Below are positions 10,949 through 19,607 of a stretch of 64,000 nt of DNA, in pieces. Numbering within the stretch: the stretch's first letter is position 1; every line of letters begins with the position of its first letter. This stretch comes from Azolla caroliniana (lineage: Eukaryota; Plantae; Polypodiophyta). The stretch spans positions 13,144,001-13,208,000 of the forward strand of contig JBHGNT010000003.1 in NCBI GenBank assembly GCA_043228905.1, in the 5' to 3' direction. The position numbers were made by a program, and so were the translations under genes. The notes under the pieces were generated by a model, which did not search any database, was not told the origin of the DNA, and saw only the letters and a list, made by a program, of their open reading frames with translations.

Positions 10949-11039
10949 TAGGTGTGCAAGTTCAGAGGGGGTAGGTGTCGTGAAGTTCAGAGGGGGTAGG
11001 TGTGCAAGTTCAGAGGGGGTAGGTGTCGTGAAGTTGACA
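10949..11039 (+). repeat. Triplicated PPT/LTR junction (48-bp period) ending in the 16-bp stub TGTCGTGAAGTTGACA
   Basis: AAGTTCAGAGGGGGTAGGTGT occurs three times; TGTCGTGAAG starts at 10976 and 11024. Confidence 0.85.
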
Positions 11040-11546
11040 CTTCCGAGCCTTTCCGGTCCGAAACCTTCTTCGAATCAGCACTATCAGTTCCTTTCTCTTT
11101 CCGGAAATGGCGACAGTTTTTCGGATGTGCCCCAACTTCCCACAATAGAAGCAAGTAGGCCTCCCCCTTGACTTCGACCTCATCCCCGATTTGTCCCGGT
11201 TTTGGGGACTCCGATACCGGCCTCTTCCCCGGTAATGGTCATCTTCCGTGACCAAGGCCTTCAAATCGGTTCCGGACTCCCGGTCCTTCCGACGAGCTTC
11301 TTCATCTAGCAAGCTTGATTTTACCCTTGCTAGGGACAACTGCTTTCCTTCCGGCCTGGCGTTGGCCAAAGTGACAACTAGCGTCTCCGAACTATTCGGG
11401 AGGGAACTAAGTAGGAGCAATGCAAGTACCTCGTCGGCTAGAGGTACTTCGAGCGAAGTTGTTTGGTTTATAAGCCCTTGAAATGTGTTCATGTGCTTTG
11501 CCATGCTAGATCCGTCTTGGTACCGGGGTCTCAATAACTTTTGGAA
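11040..11546 (-). pseudogene. gag: Element C: Ty1/copia gag fragment related to element E
   Basis: LALLLLSSLPNS..LVVTL and knuckle CFYCGKLGH; colinear with E gag at ~35020-36340. Confidence 0.85.
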
Positions 11547-12222
11547 ATGCGTGTGCGTGCGTGCTTTGCTTGAGCGGCACCACCGGGGTCTTGTACCAAG
11601 GAGGACGTTCGCGAAATTGTCGAAAAGATGATGATGTGTATGTAGGAGTCGAGGAAACTAATGTCACACTTGAGAAAATCGAAGATTTTTATACTTGAGA
11701 AGAAGATAGATGTCAAGAAGAAAAATAAGAAGAGTATTATGTTATTATTATTGATGATGATGGTGATGATGATGATGATGATCTCCAAATTGACCCCCCT
11801 TACACAAGCCCAACTAGAGGCTTTTATAGGTCTCTGCATGCTTGTGACATGTACAAAACCATGGGCTAAACCCATGGTTTTGTGCAAATGGTTTTGCTTA
11901 TGACATGCATAAAACCATGGGCTTAAATCCATGGTTTTGTGCACACGGTTTTGTATATTTGTTTCCTATGGAACACTGAATATGATAAGGAAATATACAA
12001 AATCTAAAGCACTTAGTAGTAGCTTTAGTGGTAAGCTAATTGCCTCCTATCTTGGAGGTGCAAGGTTCAAATCTTACTTGCACCCCTCTATATGCACTCA
12101 ATGCCATTAGGCCTTAGGATTATTTATTATTAATTTATTTTCATTTTTACAAGTATTTGTGTAATGTGTGTGGAACCACACTTTTGCACTTTTTCTCCCA
12201 CTGGACGTGCATCATCATGACA
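11547..12222 (-). repeat. 3' LTR of D, missing ~10 terminal bp and fused by deletion to copia C
   Basis: Matches 39037-39703 but lacks TGTCACAAAG; adjacent TCCACCACCACCAAAC is the complement of a degenerate PPT. Confidence 0.88.
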
Positions 12223-12888
12223 TCCACCACCACCAAACCGCACATCCTTTGGTATGTGCCAAGAAGAAAAGAGTGATGTGGCAGAGTCAAAGGTGGTTGG
12301 TCTTTGATTTCCTCGTTTCTTGCGCCTTGCTCGCACTATCTTTTTGTTCTCTACTTCGAACATGTCTCTTGTTTCTACCCAAACCATCGTTGCCATCCGA
12401 TCCACCATATCATTCACTGACCCTTTGCATTGCCATATCTGGTTTTCATGGCTCCCTTTGCTCCTCCCGAGCATAACGCTTCATGCCTCGTGCATGTGCC
12501 ACCTTCATCTTGGTCATCTCCATGGTCACCTAACTTTCCTTTATCATCCTTTCTCGTCTCATGCTTGCCTTTCCTTATGCTCACCAGCCTCGACCTGGTG
12601 TCGCGGCTTGTCTGCTTCGACCTCTGGCTAGGCCGACTCAACTTCTGTCTAGATCAGTCTCGACCAATGACGGGAACCACCCATTCCTTATACGCAACGC
12701 TCGGCCACAACCGAGCTTAGAATCATGCACAGAAAACGGGAAATGAAAGCACGACACAATGGAGAGGAGAATACACAGGATGTTTAACGTGGAAAAACCC
12801 TGAGAGGGAAAAAACCACGGCAGTCCACTGAATGCTAACTATCACTATGTCGCAATAATTACAACAGTGAGCTCACGGAGGCAATGAC

Positions 12889-12920
<32 letters not shown>

Positions 12921-13191
12921 GTACAGAGTTACACGCTCTGATCTGTCGCACCAACAAGAATAACGACCAGCTCAAAAGTTTTCCCTAAGTCATATTTATA
13001 CTAATATGACTTTTCGGCTATTTACAAATATAGCCACGATGGACTCTCAGAAACATATTTACGAATATGTCTCTTCATCCGGTGAGCACTCCTCACCGGG
13101 TCTTCACCATCCGGCTCTCCGTAGCCGGGTACTCCTCATCCGGTTCTCACCGGGTCTGCACCATCCGGCTCTCCGTATCCGGGTACTCCTC

Positions 13192-13602
13192 TGTTACCGG
13201 CCGGCAAGGAGTCCAAAATACGGAATTAATTATATATGGTTGTAAATGAGGATAGTGTGGACGGACGGACTGGAAACGGTATGCCGTTCCAGATCCGGAC
13301 GGATCCCGAATAGGTGCGAGGGGCACCGTTTTGTACTACGGGCCGGAAACCTATTTAAAGGCCCGGACCCTATTGTAATGACAGCGGATAATTAATAGAG
13401 CTTATGATGTTTGTACTTCTGTCTTGATTTCCGTTCTGTAATCACTGTTATATCTTACGCGTGTAATTAACCAAGCAATCTAATCGTGTAACCTACGTAA
13501 GTCGGTGTAATCGTTGAATCTTAATCCTATGCCGTAATCACCCTTTGGTGAAGTGTCTCCGTGACACCTTGTGTTAAGCCTTGTCCGGCTAAGCGAATAA
13601 CA
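13192..13602 (+). repeat. 5' LTR of F
   Basis: Identical by eye to 22639-23049; TATA-like TATTTAAA at ~13352. Confidence 0.96.
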
Positions 13603-13608
13603 CAGTTT

Positions 13609-13620
13609 TGGCGACCACGA
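13609..13620 (+). promoter_or_regulatory. PBS of F, probably tRNA-Arg type
   Basis: TGGCGACCACGA lies 6 nt after the LTR; complementary to a ...GTGGTCGCCA acceptor end (tRNA identity recalled). Confidence 0.65.
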
Positions 13621-13653
13621 TTCCTGCTTTCTCGCAGCGAACGACGGTAATGG

Positions 13654-16600
13654 ATGACTAGACCAACGCACGACTTGGTTACAGACCGAGCTCGACGCAT
13701 CGCCGAACGGCAAAGACGGCGTGAGACTTTCCAGCAAGCAGCGCAGGAAATTCGCTCGGATCGTTCGTTCTCCAACGAGATCCGGAGAGTCGCGGAGGAA
13801 TCTCTCCGGTTACGGCAAACTCGCAACCAGGACGACGGAAGCAGTCTAAGTAGTCTCCGGGAAACCGAACGACTCCTGGAGGCGCTGGCAAGCGGAGAAA
13901 ACGAGGCAGAAGCCTTTTCAGCCTACGAATCAGATTCCGAAGGGGGATACAGCGTGCACACGAACTACCGGAGCAGCAACGATACCCCCGGAGGCCCGGA
14001 AGACGACGGATCGGATACCGTGCCGACCCCAGAACCGGAACCGCTCAACCAGGGCTACCCGGAACCGCACACGGAAGCCGTCAACCCACCAACACCGGAA
14101 GTGGAAGAAGCAAAGCCACCAACACCAACGAAAGGGCCGGCAAAGGTACCGGAAGAAGAGCCGGAAAAAGAACCCGAAAAAGGACCGGCAAAAGAACCGG
14201 AAGTGGAACCAGAGAACGTACCGGAAAAATATCAACAAACGCCACTAAACCGCAGCTTAATACTGGACGACGACATGCCGTTCCAATACTCAAAGTACCG
14301 CGATGATCCGGATGCGGAAGCGCATGTGGATGACTTCGAGCAGACATGGGAAGCAAATCACACGTCCCAGCGAATGACACCGGAGGAAGAAGAACGCTCG
14401 AAGATAGCGGAATTCGGAGTCACGTTGGAGGGACCAGCGACACGATGGCGGCGGTCGCAGGACCCGGCGACCATCACAACATTTGCGGAATTAAAAGCAA
14501 AATTCTTGCATTTTTTCCACAAGGAGGTCGACCAGACGACAATGGTGGGCCTGTTTTATACGATCCGGCAGGAGGCAGGGGAAAGCATTCCCCAATTCGT
14601 CATCCGTTTCCAACGAATGCATAGCCAGCTTGCCCGTGCACCCCCGGAGGAGGAATTACGGACGATATTTTTAAACGCACTCCGGGAACCGTTACGCACG
14701 GTGTGTACGGTAATCGACTTTCGAGGATGCACCATCGACCAGGTCATTGACCGGGTCAGAGAAATGGAAAAGACAAGCTCATGGCTTACGCTGGGAACAC
14801 TGCAACGGGCGTTACCCACCGAGGAAGATCTCCGGTTCCGGCAGGCAATTCAATGCACAATCTGCTTGAATGCCGGACACTCGGCAGTAGAGTGCACCAT
14901 GCGCACTCAGTGTGTGATTTGTCAATCCAAGAGTCATACAACGGACCGGTGCGAGTACAACCTGTTAAATCGACAAGCACCACCCGTCCGACGGATCGAG
15001 CCAAGAAGCAGCCGAGACGAAGATGACGATCGTTGGCAAAGAGGGAACCGGTACCCACCGGCACAGGATGTCCGGTACGGAGACAGGCAAGAGAATGATG
15101 GCCGGTACGGGAATCGGCGTGATAACTACGACCGGTATGAGCGGTCGGACCGTTATCGAGAGCCCAACAGGCGACACGAGCAATACGACAGAGACCATTC
15201 GCCTAGTTACCGACGGCACCAGGAGGACTATGGCCGATTTTACGATCCACCACGACCGGACTACCGAAATAAGAATAAGAATAATAAGAAACGTAATTTC
15301 AAGAAAGGTGGTCGCCCCAGGGACCCGGAACATGGAACACCAAGGAGCCAACCGGCACAGAACGCACCGCTCGCTACGGGACCGACGCCGGCTACCAGCA
15401 ATGCTGAATCCAGCAATACCCGTAAAGAGTACTGCTACTACTGCAGGCAGGAAGGCCACTACAGTAACCAGTGCCCGGTAAAGAGCTACGAGAAACGACC
15501 AGCAGTTAATATGGTGGTTCCAGAAGTGGCGGATTTACAGCAAGTAACCACACGGTCGAGGGGCATGGCCAAAGAGTGGGAAACACAAGAGGCCATACGA
15601 AAACAAGCGACGGAATGGGTGAAGGAAGCCAATGAAAAGAACGTCGCTGACGCGGAACGGCAAAAGGCAAATAGCATAGGGAGTGCCGGCGGTAGCCACC
15701 CAGAAAACGAGACATGGCAAGCACTGCAAGAATGTCAGATCACGTTGCCGCTAGGAAGACTCTTACAGCTCGTGCCGCGATTTACGGAAGGGCTAAAAAC
15801 GGGCATGTCAGACGGCATAGCCCCACCGGCACCAGTCCTCTTCTCAAACCCGGAGGAGGGACCAACGGTAGTGGACACTAGCAGTCCGGTGATTACAGCT
15901 ATTGTCAAAGGGCACGAACTTCCCGGCACCGTAATCGATGGAGGTTCCGGGGTGAACGTAATAAGCCTCCGTACGTGTGATGCCTTGGGAATACATGAAT
16001 GGGAGCCATGCCCGTTCTGGCTACGGATGGCGGATACAAGTTCGGTACGGCCGACGGGCTTAATACGGAAATTGGAAGTCACCATAGGAGGCCACACATT
16101 TCACATCTCGGCTGTCGTGCTACAGCTACAGGCGCAAGGCGCGTACCCACTATTGCTGGGCAGACCATGGTTGAAAACAGCACACATCAAGCAAAATTGG
16201 CGAAAAAATATGATTACCTTCCGGCGCGGAAAAGCCAAGGTCCGGGTACCGACACAACCACGGACGAGCAACGGTAAGGAATGCACACCGCTGTATGCGG
16301 AATGTGTGAACATGCTTGAAGGATTGGCAGATGACGAAGAAGCCCAGTACTTGGAGGAACATCCGAAGATCGTACCACTCTTCGAGATTGATGTAGCTGA
16401 AGCCGTAGCCGCATACTTGCCGCAGCGGGACGACACCGAAGCCGAACCAGACAAAGATGCGATTCGGGAATTACGGCAAGCACAGGAAGCGTTGGAACGG
16501 GAAATGGCCGTTTCCCAACGGGTAAAAGCATCCCAGCTCGACGAAGTGAACCTAGGAAGCAAGGACGAATCAAAGCCGGTTCACATCGCCAAAGAAATGA

Positions 16601-19518
16601 AGCCGGAAGATAAAGCGGCGATGATCAAACTGCTTACGGAGTTTCGCGACGTATTCGCCTGGTCATACGAAGACATGCGAGGGCTGGACCCTCAATTATA
16701 TCAGCATCAAATCCACTTAGGCAAGGACGCGAAACCAGTGGCGCAACGACGATACCGAATGAACCCCAACTACGCCGCCAAAGTAAAAGAGGAAATCGAC
16801 AAACTCCTAAGAGTGGGCTTCATCCGGCCGGTAAAGAAAGCGACGTGGCTGAGCCCCATCGTCGTCGTCCCCAAGAAAAACGGTAAAATCCGTGTGTGTG
16901 TTGATTACAGGAAACTAAATGCCGCCACAATTACGGATGCATTCCCTCTTCCGTTCACGGACGGAGTACTGGATGCCGTCGCCGGTCATGAAGTTTATAG
17001 CTTTTTAGACGGGTTCAGCGGGTACAATCAAATCCGGATGCACCCGGACGACCAGGAAAAGACAGCGTTCGTCACCGAATGGGGGGTGTTTGTGGCCGAA
17101 GTCATGATGTTCGGTCTAAAAACGGCACCAGCAACGTTCCAGCGAATCATCATGGAGATCTTCGGCGAATACATTCCTGCCTTCATGCAAGTTTTCCTGG
17201 ATGATTTTGCAGTCTATAGCCGGGGAAAAGACCATTTGCAGCACCTACGGTTATGCCTTGAAAAGTGCAGGTTATACCGGCTAAGCTTAAACCCAGCAAA
17301 ATGCATCTTTGGGGTTTCAAGTGGAATATTGCTGGGACACATCGTAAGTAAGGAGGGCATTGCGGTCGACCCGGACAAAGTAAACGCCATACTAGGGGCA
17401 CCGGCACCGAAAACAGCCAAAGCACTAAGCCGATTCTTAGGACAAATCCGGTGGCACAGCCGGATGCTCCGTCACTTGGCTGATTTGGCTACACCACTAC
17501 ACACCGCGGTACATCGGACACCGTTCCAATGGACGGATACGGAGGATAAGGCATACAATGCCCTGAAGGTACTTTTATCGCAAGCACCCGTCGTGCAGCC
17601 TCCGGATTGGAGCAAGGAATTTCACGTGTTCGTGGACGCGTCCGACATCGCTATTGGCAGCGCCTTAATGCAGCTTACGGAGCCCAAATGGTACCGGCCG
17701 GTATATTACGCCAGCCGGAAGCTGTCCCAAGCGGAGAAGAACTATTCAACGACGGAACGGGAGGCCCTCGGCATGATCTACAGTGTCACAAAGTTTCGGC
17801 ACTACCTATTGGGAAGGAAGTTCTCCTTCCATGTGGATCACTCGGCGCTCCTCTACTTAGTTTCCAAGGCGTCCCTGACCGGTAAGTTGGCCCGTTGGAC
17901 CTTGCTGTTGCAGGAGTTCGAATTCGAGATTTTCCACCGGCCCGGTATCCAGCATGCCGTAGCAGACTACCTGAGCCGGTTAGAGTCCGGAGAACCAGGC
18001 GACGGAGTAGCGGATGAATTTCCGGACGCGGAGTTATTCCGTATCACCCCGGAAACGGCAGCGGACGACACGGTGGCATCAGAAGATAAATGGCTGACAA
18101 ACATGCACCAGTTCCTAAGCACGGGCCTGCCACCGGAGGAAATGAACCGGGACGAGAGGAAACGACTGGCGGTGCAGAGCCGCAATTTCTGTCTGTTACG
18201 GGACACTCTCTACCACAAAGGAGCAGATGGAATATGGAGACGGGCAGTCCGTAGTGACGAGAAAGAAGTAATCTTACGGGAAGCACACTGTGGGGTTGCC
18301 GGAGGACACTATGCCGGGGATGCGACGGCGAGGAAGGTATGGCAGAGTGGCTTATGGTGGCCTACGACGCTAAAAGATGCCGTCAAGTATGCTAAGGAAT
18401 GTGACCTATGCCAACGAATGGGCCAGCCTACGGAGCAAGCACGGATGCCACACCAACCGGTACTTCCACTAGAGCCATTCCAGAAGTGGGGGTTGGATTT
18501 TGTCGGACCGTTCAAGCCACCGGCAATGAGAACGGGTAATCGTTATGTCATCGTGGCAACGGATTATTGCACAAAATGGGTGGAAGCTAAGGCCCTGAGA
18601 GACAACACCGCGTCATCCACAGCAAAATTCCTGTACGAAAACATTTGGTGCCGATATGGATGTCCGATTGAACTGATCAGCGACCAAGGAGGGCATTTCC
18701 TCGGCCAGGTAGTGGAAAGCTTAACAACGTTCTATGCCGTGGTGCATAAAAGAAGCACACCGTACTACCCACAGGCGAACGGGTTGGCGGAATCCACCAA
18801 CAAAACGCTGCAGAACATTCTCCGCAAAATCGTCAACGAAAACCGGACGGACTGGGATACAAAGCTCAATAGCGCGCTATGGGCGTACAGAACGGCATAC
18901 AAAACAAGTATCCGGACAACACCGTTCCGGTTAGCATTCGGCTTGGAAGCGGTCATGCCGGTCGAGTTCCAGGTACCAAGCTTACGGATCCAACTACGGG
19001 AACGGCTGAATGAAAAGAAGTCGGAGGAAATGCGGCTAGCAGCACTATGCGAACTGGAGGAGCAACGGCTGGCCAGCATCCTCCACATGGAACTGGAGCA
19101 ACGACGACGGAAAGCGTTCGTTGACCGTCACCGAAAAGGTAACGAAAAGATGTTCGAAATCGGAAAGCCGGTTCTAGTCTTCCAAACGAGGATGGGCAAA
19201 ATGCCGGGTAAACTCCGGTTCAGATGGACAGGCCCGTATTGGCTGACACGGGAATACAACGGGTCCTATCAGATAGGGACACTTGCCGGTGAAGTACTAG
19301 GCAAGTGGGTAAACGGATTTCGACTAAAACCCTATAAAGGACCGATGCCAAAGAACCCGTTTATGCAGCTCACCGGCACTACACCAGGAACCTATCCGGG
19401 ATCGGTACGGATCGATCCGGAAGAAAGAGACGACGGGGAACCCGTAGCAGAGACAAAGGAAGACACGGCAACCCGTAAGGAAAACGGTCAGGGTCCGAAG
19501 GGACCTACGGATGTGTAA
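13654..19518 (+). CDS. gag-pol: Intact single-frame Gag-Pol polyprotein, 1954 aa
   Basis: Three CX2CX4HX4C knuckles; PR VIDGGSGVN...LLGRPW; RT FLDGFSGYNQI, FGLKTAPATFQR and FLDD; RH VDAS..ADYLSR; IN HHCC, GLDF..SDQG..NGLAE and a GPY motif. Confidence 0.96.
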   Translation: MTRPTHDLVTDRARRIAERQRRRETFQQAAQEIRSDRSFSNEIRRVAEESLRLRQTRNQDDGSSLSSLRETERLLEALASGENEAEAFSAYESDSEGGYSVHTNYRSSNDTPGGPEDDGSDTVPTPEPEPLNQGYPEPHTEAVNPPTPEVEEAKPPTPTKGPAKVPEEEPEKEPEKGPAKEPEVEPENVPEKYQQTPLNRSLILDDDMPFQYSKYRDDPDAEAHVDDFEQTWEANHTSQRMTPEEEERSKIAEFGVTLEGPATRWRRSQDPATITTFAELKAKFLHFFHKEVDQTTMVGLFYTIRQEAGESIPQFVIRFQRMHSQLARAPPEEELRTIFLNALREPLRTVCTVIDFRGCTIDQVIDRVREMEKTSSWLTLGTLQRALPTEEDLRFRQAIQCTICLNAGHSAVECTMRTQCVICQSKSHTTDRCEYNLLNRQAPPVRRIEPRSSRDEDDDRWQRGNRYPPAQDVRYGDRQENDGRYGNRRDNYDRYERSDRYREPNRRHEQYDRDHSPSYRRHQEDYGRFYDPPRPDYRNKNKNNKKRNFKKGGRPRDPEHGTPRSQPAQNAPLATGPTPATSNAESSNTRKEYCYYCRQEGHYSNQCPVKSYEKRPAVNMVVPEVADLQQVTTRSRGMAKEWETQEAIRKQATEWVKEANEKNVADAERQKANSIGSAGGSHPENETWQALQECQITLPLGRLLQLVPRFTEGLKTGMSDGIAPPAPVLFSNPEEGPTVVDTSSPVITAIVKGHELPGTVIDGGSGVNVISLRTCDALGIHEWEPCPFWLRMADTSSVRPTGLIRKLEVTIGGHTFHISAVVLQLQAQGAYPLLLGRPWLKTAHIKQNWRKNMITFRRGKAKVRVPTQPRTSNGKECTPLYAECVNMLEGLADDEEAQYLEEHPKIVPLFEIDVAEAVAAYLPQRDDTEAEPDKDAIRELRQAQEALEREMAVSQRVKASQLDEVNLGSKDESKPVHIAKEMKPEDKAAMIKLLTEFRDVFAWSYEDMRGLDPQLYQHQIHLGKDAKPVAQRRYRMNPNYAAKVKEEIDKLLRVGFIRPVKKATWLSPIVVVPKKNGKIRVCVDYRKLNAATITDAFPLPFTDGVLDAVAGHEVYSFLDGFSGYNQIRMHPDDQEKTAFVTEWGVFVAEVMMFGLKTAPATFQRIIMEIFGEYIPAFMQVFLDDFAVYSRGKDHLQHLRLCLEKCRLYRLSLNPAKCIFGVSSGILLGHIVSKEGIAVDPDKVNAILGAPAPKTAKALSRFLGQIRWHSRMLRHLADLATPLHTAVHRTPFQWTDTEDKAYNALKVLLSQAPVVQPPDWSKEFHVFVDASDIAIGSALMQLTEPKWYRPVYYASRKLSQAEKNYSTTEREALGMIYSVTKFRHYLLGRKFSFHVDHSALLYLVSKASLTGKLARWTLLLQEFEFEIFHRPGIQHAVADYLSRLESGEPGDGVADEFPDAELFRITPETAADDTVASEDKWLTNMHQFLSTGLPPEEMNRDERKRLAVQSRNFCLLRDTLYHKGADGIWRRAVRSDEKEVILREAHCGVAGGHYAGDATARKVWQSGLWWPTTLKDAVKYAKECDLCQRMGQPTEQARMPHQPVLPLEPFQKWGLDFVGPFKPPAMRTGNRYVIVATDYCTKWVEAKALRDNTASSTAKFLYENIWCRYGCPIELISDQGGHFLGQVVESLTTFYAVVHKRSTPYYPQANGLAESTNKTLQNILRKIVNENRTDWDTKLNSALWAYRTAYKTSIRTTPFRLAFGLEAVMPVEFQVPSLRIQLRERLNEKKSEEMRLAALCELEEQRLASILHMELEQRRRKAFVDRHRKGNEKMFEIGKPVLVFQTRMGKMPGKLRFRWTGPYWLTREYNGSYQIGTLAGEVLGKWVNGFRLKPYKGPMPKNPFMQLTGTTPGTYPGSVRIDPEERDDGEPVAETKEDTATRKENGQGPKGPTDV

Positions 19519-19543
19519 GGTCACACACCGTCATTAAAGATTG

Positions 19544-19578
<35 letters not shown>
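19544..19578 (+). repeat. A35 homopolymer between pol and the extra ORF
   Basis: 35 consecutive A, flanked by imperfect direct repeats TCATTAAAGATTG and TCATTAAAAATCG. Confidence 0.9.
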
Positions 19579-19579
<1 letters not shown>

Positions 19580-19607
19580 ATCATTAAAAATCGAGGTATG
19601 AACGGGT

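Larger units (their letters stand above)
5125..11039 (+). mobile_element. Element B: decayed Ty3/gypsy, non-chromovirus, tRNA-Trp primed; 5' LTR remainder at 5125-5199; 3' LTR reduced to a stub
   Basis: LTR end TTCGCGACA (5199); PBS 5206-5222; domain order gag-PR-RT-RH-IN; PPT GTTCAGAGGGGGTAGG followed by TGTCGTGAAG; colinear with element J. Confidence 0.9.

Noticed and set aside
19531-19594. Truncated LINE/SINE poly(A) insertion with TSD
   Set aside because: The flanking repeats are imperfect and no element body is present, in an otherwise mutation-free young element; more likely a native A-tract.
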